Shown in pieces: positions 1 through 10,529 of a stretch of 64,000 nt of DNA. Under the pieces are notes generated by a model. That model was not told where the DNA came from. It ran no database searches and saw only the letters and a list, made by a program, of their open reading frames with translations. Each line of letters opens with the position of its first letter. The first letter of the stretch is position 1. The translations under genes and the position numbers were made by a program. This DNA is from Marsupella aquatica (Eukaryota > Plantae > Marchantiophyta). The stretch lies in contig OZ316892.1 of NCBI GenBank assembly GCA_973895155.1, positions 12,216,238-12,280,237 of the forward strand, given 5' to 3'.

Positions 1-3000
1 GTTCAGCATTGCGGGTCCTCACCATAAGTGTTGCTTTTGTGGAGTGTCGTGTGTTCACGTCCTCTGATAAGCACCTTCGATCAGCAAGGTGAGCAGGAGC
101 TGTACTTGCCTCACCAACAACAACCAACCTTAAATTATCAGTTCCCACTCACTGTGTCATTCCATTGGTTCCAGCTAGGGGTCACAATGTAAACATAGCA
201 TGAAACACTCTTAATCAACTTGCTTACAAACTACAATATCCAGAAAGAGTGAAAGTCTCACCCTCCAGTGAGCAGCAGAGAGGTAGTTCACTGGATGTGT
301 TGATGTGCAGTTAAACCTCCACTATTGCTTACTTCTGGTGTATGCTGCTCAGTCGAAGACATATTAGTAGCAGCAAATTGCAAATAATGGCCATAAGCAA
401 ACCGTGAGAGTTTGCAGAATGCTACGACAACTATTCATCCATCACAACAGTGCTCCACAGGAATGAAACCAAGCAAAATTTGGTGACCTCGGCCAATGAC
501 AAGGCCAATGTAGTTCACAATCCTTGACCGATCAGGATATGGATTGGAATTACAATTAGTCAGCTCTTCTTCTTTGTTTCCTAACTCTGCGGGAAATGAG
601 CATGACAAGGGAATTCTCTGAGAAATAGAAGTGCACAGGGAAAATGAAATTGACTCATTGAGCTGCGCAAGATGACCACTACAGCATACTTGGACAGTAG
701 GTTCCGCAATCCATAAAATCCCCGTCTGACGTATTTAAGCAGTGCAATTTAAGCAGTCAGATGCTACATAGCAATTAAGCACAAAGGCTACTTCATGTCT
801 GTTTACATAGAATTTTGGATTGAAGTAATGAGAGCTATACATTTAAACTTACGGTGCCAACTCCGTCAGTAGTTGCTGAAAATGGCATGGGAAACACTGG
901 TATGACAGGAACTCAAGGAAACATTTGCGGCAATGTCTTCACAGGAAAAGAAGAATTGCTAAGTACAGTATTCTTAATAGTAGTTTCGTTCTAATTCTGA
1001 AATCTACACATAGGACGGAAACCCAGGACATTTCTCATGAAAATTGAAGATCCATTCGACAACTCCATGACAGCCTATTCCGCATTGTGTCCGTCCCATG
1101 CAAGCAAGGGGTGTTCAGCCGAGCTTAGTCTAACCACGAATGATTGTTCTGGAAGCAGTTGCGATAATGTTTTGGTAATTTTCTCCTATATCCAACTCAG
1201 TAGCTCACAAACATGGCATTGGACCCATTAAAAAATTATACTTGCCATCATTCTCAACTGTATTACATGGCCCACACTGCTGATGTCCCTGACTCTTAAG
1301 GGAAACTCATCTCCTGGGCCAGCAACATCTCAGATTCTACAAAAATGAGAAACTATGAAGACTTATTGAAGTCATATCCTGTGATTGTAGCATGTATGAT
1401 TTGCTGGGACTACAAGCAGTTCTAGATCCTGCTGCACTTTATATACAACAGCAACCTGAGCTACATGAACTTGTTTTTAATAGACGTGCGTTTGACCACG
1501 GCTACAACTCCAAAACAATCAGTCACCCAATCAAATCATAACAAACCCACCCGCAAGCTGAATGTAGAGGATAGAGATAGAGAAAATCACCGGGGCAATG
1601 AAGTTGGATCACAGGGTGCAAAACTAGTACTCAACAGGGTAAGACCGATCACAGCAAACAAAGCACAGAGCTAGACCAACAAAACTCCAGCAAAGATAGT
1701 GTCATGTCCATTTATTTGTAGGGAATGAAGTCGGATCGCAGAGTGTAAAACCAGTAGGGTAAGACAGATCACAACAAACAAAGCTAACACAACAAGCACA
1801 TAGAGGAACAAAACTCCAGCAAGACATAAATTAGACCTCGCAGCTTTTTGACTAGCAAAGGGAGATAGTCTACGCTTTCCATTGCTGGTCACAGCGCGAC
1901 AGGCAATCAGGATGATGCCATGCCGAGTAGAAGAACAACAAAGCATTCTATAAAAAGCATTGAGGTTGGCGTTATAGTAAAAGTGGTAGTACTTCCAGTA
2001 GCGCGACCAACTCGCTAAGTGACAGTCCGGAGTAGCTTACCTCCGAGAAGAAAGCCAGAGCAGTTTAGCAGAAATCCCCAAGAAAATCCCCACTCTGAAG
2101 ATGGTAAGCTTGCAGTTGCTCCCCCGAGTGCTCCCCTCAACCTCGCCACTTCTATTCTGAGCAGCGCAGGTCTTCTCCACCCTCTCACCTTGCACCTACT
2201 GAACAAGTGACCAGCACTATCCACTCCCACCGCAACTGTGGACGGTCCCTAAAAAAATGTAGATGACAGCGACCAATAGACAAAGGATTACAGGCGTAGA
2301 CCTGGCAAAAATCTTCTTCCGAAAAGCTTTCCTCAGCCCGATTCTTGTGCACATCAGAAAAAACTCAAACCATTTAGAAATGAGATCACAGATTACTCTT
2401 GACAATCTAAAAAATGCCACAACCTAAGCACTCATAGCTCCGTCCCCCCATTCTAATTTCTCTGACGAGTTTGCCTTAAAGCACATCCACTCGCGGTTCA
2501 AGCAGATTCATAATCATCATAGACAATAGAGTGTTCCACCATAGCCCACGGTAGGTCCACGACCATCATAACCAACCCTCACACCCAGCTCCCTCAATAC
2601 CCACAGCTCCGCCCAGCTCCGCGCCTACCGGGGTTTATTAGTATTGCTCACTTTTAAGAAAGGCAGTTTTCTCAAAAGCAGTCTAATTGCCTAGACGGCA
2701 CTAGAAAAGTTGGAGGCAATATCACAGCGGAGCATTCTGTGTCTAAGGGCCAGCGACGAGTTGCAAAGGTGGTTTAACCTCATTCTGAGTCAAGACTAAA
2801 AGCTTTAGATCCAGCCATTCCGCGATTCCTTAAAGAAAACCCGTGATGGACATGCAATGTTGTGCTACTGCAATGAACAGAGTAAGGCAATGCAGTGGTC
2901 ATCGTAGCTATGAAGAAGAAATGGTAGTGGAAAGTCTAGCTCAAACAATGGAGTGTATGAATCAGCGCTCAAGAAGGTCACCTGAAAGTTGCGCGTACAG

Positions 3001-3699
3001 CTTGAAGATGGAGCAGCCCAATCGGCTTCCAATCGATGAGCAACGAGCACAACTCCACTGTGAGTAGACTGTCTTTGCAATGCCTCCGCGAGCTTAAGGA
3101 GCCACTACAGTCCACCTTCCGCAACAATCCCCTTCCGCATGGATCGCCTTCCTCAGCAATTTCCTTCCGTAGTCCACCTTCTGCAGGAGCATGCAAGTCC
3201 ACCTTCCGCAGCAGCAGGTTGGTCACTTGTGGATTAGTCAAACTTGGAACCTTAGCTCTCCTCCCACCAAACTCCCACCACTGTCCGACCACACAAGCTT
3301 TGGTCCGGAACCGCAATGGCGCACAACTCCTCCCCTCAGCTAAACCCTTAGCGCCTCAGTCCCCAGATCACAGCTCCTCCCGGACTGCAACTCACTGAAA
3401 ACGTAAGCACTCAGGATTGCCCTTGACAATGTTGCCGTTGCGCTACACATTGCCCTTTCGCAGCCACAACCTTCTTCGCCCTACCAGCACAACCCTCTTC
3501 GCCCTACCATCACATTACGCGCGGGAAGGGAAGTCTACAATCATCGCAAAAGTGGGCAACATGAAAAAGGAAAACCCTACGTAAAACCCCGAACCTTGGA
3601 CCCCTCACGTTCTAAGTCCAATGACGATGGCCCGAACACTCCAAAGTCACTCCCAAAGTGAAGTTTAGTGCCTCTTTACCAAATTAGGGGACTTAAGTC

Positions 3700-4739
3700 A
3701 TTAAGGGGAGCCTTACCGTTTGAGTGAGCCGTTGAGTGTCACCCAAAGTGAGAGTTGAGTGTCACCCAAAGTGAGACACCACTACAAAGTGTTACTGCAT
3801 GGCCATCTTGGATATGTTACTGATTTTTCTTGGCTTGGAAAACTTCAATAAAGCGGGATCATGCTAGCCCAAAAATCTTGGGTATGCGTGCACACCGGTT
3901 CTTGGCTTGGCAAACTTGAATAGAATGGGATGTTGGTGAAGCCCAGCACCCTTTGGAAAACCCCAAACGCCCAACCCAGGACCCCACCCCCTTGCTTAGG
4001 CCACCAAGTAATCAATGAGATTCTCCCGTGCCCACAAGTTAAGCGTTAACCCACGCCCTTAAACTTGATTAGGGTAAGAAGGCCCTTACCGTTGGGGTGT
4101 GAAGTTGACCACAACGACTCTAAATGTGAAGCATAAGCCCCTCACCCCGTGAAGATGTAACCCCCCCCCCCACGCTTGACATATAAACCCCCCTAAACCC
4201 CATTTAGTGACCCCCCACACCCTTGACATATAACCGGCACACCCTTGAGATATAAATCCCCTTTATTGACCCCCACCCCCAAGTTGTATCCAAACCGACT
4301 CACCCTTGACATATAAACCCCCCTAAACCCCCTTTAGTGGTGACCCCCCACACCCTTCACATATAACCGGCCCACCCTTGAGACGTAAACCCCCCCTAAA
4401 CCCACTATGGAGTTTATGAGACATTAGGGCATTTAGACATTTACTGAGTTTGTACGTGTTCAATATAGCGGGACGTAAAGTCCCCCCATATGGCCATTAT
4501 CAAATTAAAGTTGACAACTAAACCCCACAACCATCATGTGTGAGAGTGTTCACCCTTTCACAAACTAGGGTACGTGGAAACTTTTGATAGTCTTATCCTA
4601 AACCAAAAAGCACTCACAGTCTTTTGTAGTGTTCATGTGAACCGGTGCAATGGTTTTGAGTCATTTGAAGTTGCAAAAAAGGACTTAGTGGCCTTAGTCC
4701 TATAAGGTTTGGTCTAAATTGCCCCGGTTTCTACTAGTG
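3700..4739 (+). mobile_element. Terminal part of a CACTA (EnSpm) element, family A: subterminal repeats and terminal inverted repeat
   Basis: Ends in TGCCCCGGTTTCTACTAGTG (4720-4739), whose reverse complement starts CACTAGTAGAAACCGGGGCA. The same 20 bp occur at 22528-22547. C-rich subterminal repeats lie at ~4130-4400. The other end was not seen in the window; the start coordinate is arbitrary. Confidence 0.8.
4130..4405. repeat. C-rich imperfect tandem repeats (CTTGACATATAAACCCCCCTAAACCCC) in the CACTA subterminal region
   Basis: The motif cttgac/gatataaacccc(c)taaacccc recurs about 6 times. A related motif occurs at 21850-22020. Confidence 0.8.
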
Positions 4740-5244
4740 GTAGGCGAGTTTATATAGGCAACACTTATCTTGTGCTCTGGCGTCAGTGGCTGGGTACATG
4801 CCTATAAAAACTTATCCTTACAAGCTTTCTTGGAAGTATTTAGGCTGAGTGGTCATTTTCATAAACACTTTCATCAAACTGCTAAATTACAACAGGACTT
4901 CTAAGTTGTAAGCGTATAAATTATCAGGCATGCGATTAATCAAATTGCCCTATAAGTTTGTCATTGAACGTATCCTCCTTTACAACAAAATATGTATGTG
5001 CCATGACAAGTTGGTTGCACTTCATTTCACCTTCGATATGGATTTTGTAGTATATATTCAAACAATGTCTTGCATCCGTGCAGGTGCCTAGTACGTATTG
5101 TTCACATATCCCTTGTACCTATCAAAATCGGACCTGAGCACCAGTGGGCCAGATCAACTCAAAAAGCAGGAATTTTGTTGTCCTTGTATTTTCAGGTGAA
5201 CCCATTCTTCCAAAATTCACTATCATCACGTAGGGTGTGTGTAC

Positions 5245-6117
5245 ATGGAGCCTGGGAAACGTAGAAAGTGTGACCACCCAACAGTGTTTACAGGGGTCAG
5301 AGCCATTTTGGTCCATGGCCAGCATGGGTTGACCAAAGTGCATTGGCCAACTGTACAGAAACGATTCTCTGAGCTCCATGGCACTGTAGTTCAGGACATC
5401 ACTCTAGAGACTACACATGTTGTTGCAGGGACATGGCTATCAGTGATAAAGAAGTGGTCATGGTCCTACATGAATTCTGCAATTACTAAGCAAGGCCTAA
5501 AAGTAGTTGAGGCCTCTTGGATCACAGATTCCATGGCACATCAGATTGTACAGGATACTGAGCAATATGAGTTGTGGGAGGATGAAGAAGCTACTGCATC
5601 AGCTTGGGCTGAACAAGAAGTCTGGGAAGCAAAGGCACGGCTTGCTGATGTCCAATATGGACCTGTACTCAACAAAGGACAGAGCTCTAGAAGGCTGAAG
5701 AGTATGTTGGCTGAGGAGACGAAGCAACCAACCCCCATTCTGAAAGGGCTGAGCATGGTATTTGTGGAGGTGGGAATTGGAGAGGTTAAGTGCAAAGTGT
5801 ACAAGTCCACGGTGCTTGACCTAGGTGGGACAGTTGAGGAGAATATAACAGAGGACACCACTCATGTCATTACTAAGTCATATCCCAAAGCCTGCCGCAA
5901 GTTTGGGAAGGGAGACATTCGCTTTTATGTCATGTCCCATAATGTGTTTGTGGTTTCATATGCTTGGCTTGTGGAATCAGTAGCAGCTGGGAAGTGTCAA
6001 AACCCAATGGACTATGATCTTTTTGAGGCCTGGCCACGGAAGGGTCAGGATCCTTACAGAGAGGACTATGAGACAACAAGTGAGGAATGGGTCATTAGCG
6101 ATTCTGAATCAGAGTGA
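5245..6117 (+). CDS. Intronless tandem-BRCT domain protein (~290 aa)
   Basis: Two BRCT-like repeats: VFTGVRAILV...HGTVVQDITLETTHVVA...VVEASWITDSM...Y and ILKGLSMVFVEVG...LGGTVEENITEDTTHVIT...VVSYAWLVESV...Y. Both show the BRCT hallmarks G(G)-x-V, THV and W-[IL]-x-[DE]-S. First ATG at 5245; no internal stops. Confidence 0.8.
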   Translation: MEPGKRRKCDHPTVFTGVRAILVHGQHGLTKVHWPTVQKRFSELHGTVVQDITLETTHVVAGTWLSVIKKWSWSYMNSAITKQGLKVVEASWITDSMAHQIVQDTEQYELWEDEEATASAWAEQEVWEAKARLADVQYGPVLNKGQSSRRLKSMLAEETKQPTPILKGLSMVFVEVGIGEVKCKVYKSTVLDLGGTVEENITEDTTHVITKSYPKACRKFGKGDIRFYVMSHNVFVVSYAWLVESVAAGKCQNPMDYDLFEAWPRKGQDPYREDYETTSEEWVISDSESE

Positions 6118-6649
6118 GGAGTAGTAGCATCAGTTTGGACACAAGTTTTTTTGTATAAATCAGATCATTGAAATAAATGTGATCTTTGAACTAATGTACC
6201 TTGTTATGGTTGGTGGCAGTTGGGCTTATTTTACTGTTGGCGGATTGTTGTTTCCTGCTGCCTGGGGGTGTCACTGTAAACGTACTGGGTGGGCTCAAAT
6301 CTTGGCGGTGAGATATCTGATACCGCTCTCACACCTATGCCTATGACTATACATGATTGGACTCTGATATGGTCATGGGTGTACATGCAGAGGCGGTACA
6401 TTTGAGGACAGCTGTGGAGGTGGTGACACCCTCAAACATTGAGGAATTTTGTGTCATTCACTTGACAATAGGTACACTACTCGCAAACCTGTTTTTTTCT
6501 TTTGGGGTGGTTTAGGGTTTGTGAGAATTTATTACACGTTATGTTAACTCTTTTGGCACATACAGTCAGGGATATATGGAACACAAATACCACCATTAGG
6601 CATCCCTGTTCACTGCTGTCCATGACTGCAGAGCTTCCAGCCTGTTACA

Positions 6650-9600
6650 ATGCACCCTGGTCACCACCCTCCCCAAACCCAGCCCAGGGCACAGGCACTG
6701 CCTTTGCATCATCCCACAAGGATATCACGCCATGATAATAAGCTTTGGCAGCGTGAAAGGTTACGAACCAGACTTTCAGGAGCCAGTAGGATGAGATGTC
6801 CTTGTGCAATCTGCCAAGGATCCCGTACCAGGGGTCTGAATGAGGTTTGGCGGCATATCGCGGTTCATGGAAGAGATCCACGACATTGAGTTTGGAATGA
6901 TCCTGCAGAGGAAGATTCTTCCGACGAGGAGTGGAGGTTAGAATTTGATGCTGCCAATGCTGCAAGACGGGCAAGTGAGGTTCTGCCTGGTGCATTTGAA
7001 AATGTTGTAGCTGGTCTCTGTGGGTTGTCAGCTCTCCAACGGGATGGTGCTCAGGCAGCACCACGTGACGAAGGAATTCATGTGGAAGAGATGGTGAGAG
7101 ACATCTTCCAAGACTTGGATGCATTTCATGATGGGCTGGACAATGAAGAGGATACGGCTGCAGATGCAAGTGTGCCCCCTGTCGAAGAGCCTCTTGATGA
7201 GTTTGAGATAGGACAGGAAACCCCTGGGCATGATGGGATGTTTGGCTCTCCCCTGCAAATACAGGAAGGCAGGAAGTCTTTGTACCCCGGTAGCAAATGT
7301 TCTAAACTGGGATTTGTCATCATGTTCCTGAACATTTGCGGCAACCACAATGTCCCCAACGTTTTGGTTTCTGAGTTGTTGGCATTCTTGTGAACAACTG
7401 TGCTACCAGATGGTAATATTTTGCCCAAGAACATGTACGAGGCAAAAAGATGCATATCTAATCTTGGATTGAACTATGATTCGATCCATGCCTGTCCTGA
7501 TGGGCATGTTCTTTTCAGAAAGGAGTATAAAGAATCGTTGACATGCCCTAAGTGTGGGAAGCACAGGTATCGGAACTCAGGAAAGTCTATGGTTCCCGCC
7601 AAGGTACTTCATCATTTTCCACTCATTCCCAGACTTTAGCGGATGTTCAGAAGCCGTGCCATCTCGGAGATGATGACTTGGGCAACTGACAAGAAAAGTG
7701 ATGATGGGCTACAACGACATGCTGCAGATTCAAGGCAATGGAAACTCATAGATGAGATGTATCCCGAATTTGCTGCTGAGCCGAGGAATGTCAGACTTGG
7801 GCTGTCATTGGATGGGGTAAACCCATTTGGAGACAAGAACAACAAATTTTTGTGCTGGCCTGTAACTATTTTGAATTATAACCTTCCTCCTTGGATGACT
7901 ACAAAGCGATTTTTTGTTCTGATGGTCCTACTGATACCAGGGCCAGACAGTGCTGTATCTGCCAACATAGATGTGTTTCTGGCTCCCCTAGTGGAGGAAT
8001 TGAGAAAGCTTTGGGAGGAAGGAGTTCTCACATATGATGTCCTACAGAGGCTTGGGAGGTTAAACCCATTCATCCTTAGAGCCATTGTCATTCTGACTAT
8101 AGCTGACTACCCAGCCCATGGGATGATATCAGGCCAAAAAACAAAAGGATATTGTGCTTGTACTATCTGTGGGCGCAATGTCACGAGTGAGTACTCCAGA
8201 GCCCTGCAGAAAGTGATATACATGGGCCATCGTCGTTTTCTGAAGGCAGATCACCCTTACAGAGAAAGACAGGCACTGATTGCACACTTTGGCAATGAGA
8301 TTGAGCAACGTGGACCCCCAGCACGAGTGACCAAAGAGGAGATCAGGCAGTGGGGAGCACTGAGGGATGACTATATCAAACGAGGGGGCAGGGAAGATGG
8401 AGTGAGTGATCCAATAAAGCGATATGGTGTAAAAAGACTGAGCATATTGGACTTGGAGCTCAAGTACTGGAGAGTAAGCCTCTTGGAGTTGATGCTAATT
8501 GGGATACATGTTTTGGTTCAAAGCATGTGCATTCATTTCGAAGAGAGAGACTAAACTTGAGGCATTTCCTGACGCTTTTGCATTGCAACGATGCAGGAGT
8601 TTGAGCCAAGCAAACATAACATTGATGTTATGCACATTGAAAAGAATATTTGTGAGAGTCTACTCAGATTCTTGTGTGGAGAGAAAGACACTGGTTCAGT
8701 GAGATTGGATCTTGAACAGAGGGGAATGAAACCCCATCTTTGGTTGAGGCCACATGCCCACAGAGCTGATGTGCTCTTGAAGTACCAAGCGCCCTATGTT
8801 CTGACAGACACAGAGTGGGAACTATTTGTGCAGAGGTTGAGTTCTTTGAAGGTTCCTTCAAACTATGGCAGTGCTTTCAAGAAGCATATCATGACTAGAA
8901 AGCTTGGTAGTATGAAAAGCCATGACTACCATATGTTGATGCAACAGGTGTTGCCTTTATGCCTGAGGGGCCTGTTGCAGAAGCCTGTTCGTACTGTGAT
9001 CATGCGACTCAGTGATGTGTTTCGTCGTATTTGTGTGAAGGTTTGGGATGAAACACACTTCCCACAACTGACAGAAGATGTCGCTCAGGAGCTGTGTGAC
9101 CTGGAGATTTATTTTCCTCCCGCATTTTTTGATGTCATGACCCACCTACTTGTCCATGTTGTGGAAGAGCTACACCAATTTGGGCTGTGAGTGCTCGTTG
9201 GTTGTACCCTTTGGAACGGTACATGAAGCTACTCAAAGGTCACGTGAGAACATATTACAAACCTGAAGCAAGCATGGCTAAAGGTTACATCAAGGATGAG
9301 ACTCTAGGATTTCTGACCGAATACATAGCACAATATGAGCATGTGAAGACCAGGGTGTGGAATTCTGATGAGGAGGAAGGGGTGATAGGTGAAGTACTGG
9401 AAGGGGCTGCAACCACAAAGAACCTGACCATATCTATGAGAGACTTGGCACATGACTTTGTATTGCACAACACTGTGGTGATGGAACCCTGGATACAGTG
9501 AGTGCATACATGTGCTATAATCCAGTTCATGAGCTTAAATGTTGTGTTCATGTGGTTTTCTCTTTCAGTCTGTTCATGTTTACCCAAGCTAATGCTGTGT

Positions 9601-10380
9601 GGTTGTTCGTTCAGGGAGTATGAGTCATTGAAGGCGGCCCATCCCACTGCAGGAACAACTTTTCCAGGTTTCATGGAGTGGATCAGAGTGGCAATTAGAG
9701 AGCATCACGAGACCCACCCAGACATGGATGCAGATGTTTACCTACTGTCTAATGCCCCTAGCCTGAAAGTGAAAACTTACAAACGGATGAGAGCATATGG
9801 GAATCACTTTCGAGTGAAGGATGGTGACAGTGCCTACAGGGTGACGAATGACTGCGGGCTCATCACTGTATTTGAGCAACAGAGCCACAATCACGACAGG
9901 GCCTGGATGGAGATGGGATATGTGGGAGAATTAGTTGACATATGGGCTCTGGACTATGGGGCGGTGTCCAGTCCTGTGATTCTTATGAAAGGTTCATGGG
10001 TGCGGCAGGATTGGCTTGGTAACAGGGCTACCATGAAGAGAGACAACGACGGTTTCTTGCTGGCCAATTTCAGAGGGAAATTGCCCGAATGGTCTGAGCC
10101 ATTTGTGTTTCCTAGTCAGGTGGAGCAAGCTTTCTTCCTGGATGTGGAAGACTCCCCAGGTTGGCGTGTAGTGTGTCATAAACAGGCCAGGCAATGTCGG
10201 ATGGAAGGATCAAACCTTGAGTTTCATTTACACTCTCATAGTGCCTTTGATCGTCGGCGTTCAGACCAAGTGCCTGTAGTTCATGATAGCAGGGACTTCA
10301 TTCCTGTGACAAGGGTAGATGCATTTGCTGAAGGAGGCGAATTCAGAGATGCAGATGCCAACAGTGTGCCTGTGCCATGA
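6650..10380 (+). pseudogene. CACTA TnpD/TNP2-type transposase (transposase-associated Cys/His N-terminus, Transposase_21, DUF4218 and DUF4216-like regions), disrupted
   Basis: Motifs RCPCAICQG...RHIAVHG; IHACPDGHVLF...CPKCGKHRY; HFPLIPRL; RNVRLGLSLDGVNPFG; NYNLPPW; DYPAHG; IDVMHIEKNICES; MKSHDYH; FPPAFFDVMTHLLVH; RWLYPLERYM; EPFVFPSQVEQAFF. In-frame stops at ~6887, 7391 and 7637, and a 1-bp frameshift at ~9186. Introns at ~8475-8596 and ~9499-9614. Confidence 0.92.
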
Positions 10381-10529
10381 GTAATGTGAATTGTTTGCAT
10401 GGACATTAGTGAGGGGAAGGATGTGTAATAAAGTAATTCTGAAGCAACACAGATGTATGGATGGATGCCTGGTGATTGTGGTTGCATTGTGTTATACGGG
10501 GTGATCATAGATGACATGTTTTTGTGGTC

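Noticed and set aside
4130-4405. Interstitial telomere (CCCTAAA)
   Set aside because: Only isolated CCCTAAA motifs occur, inside longer CACTA subterminal repeats; they are not tandem heptamers.
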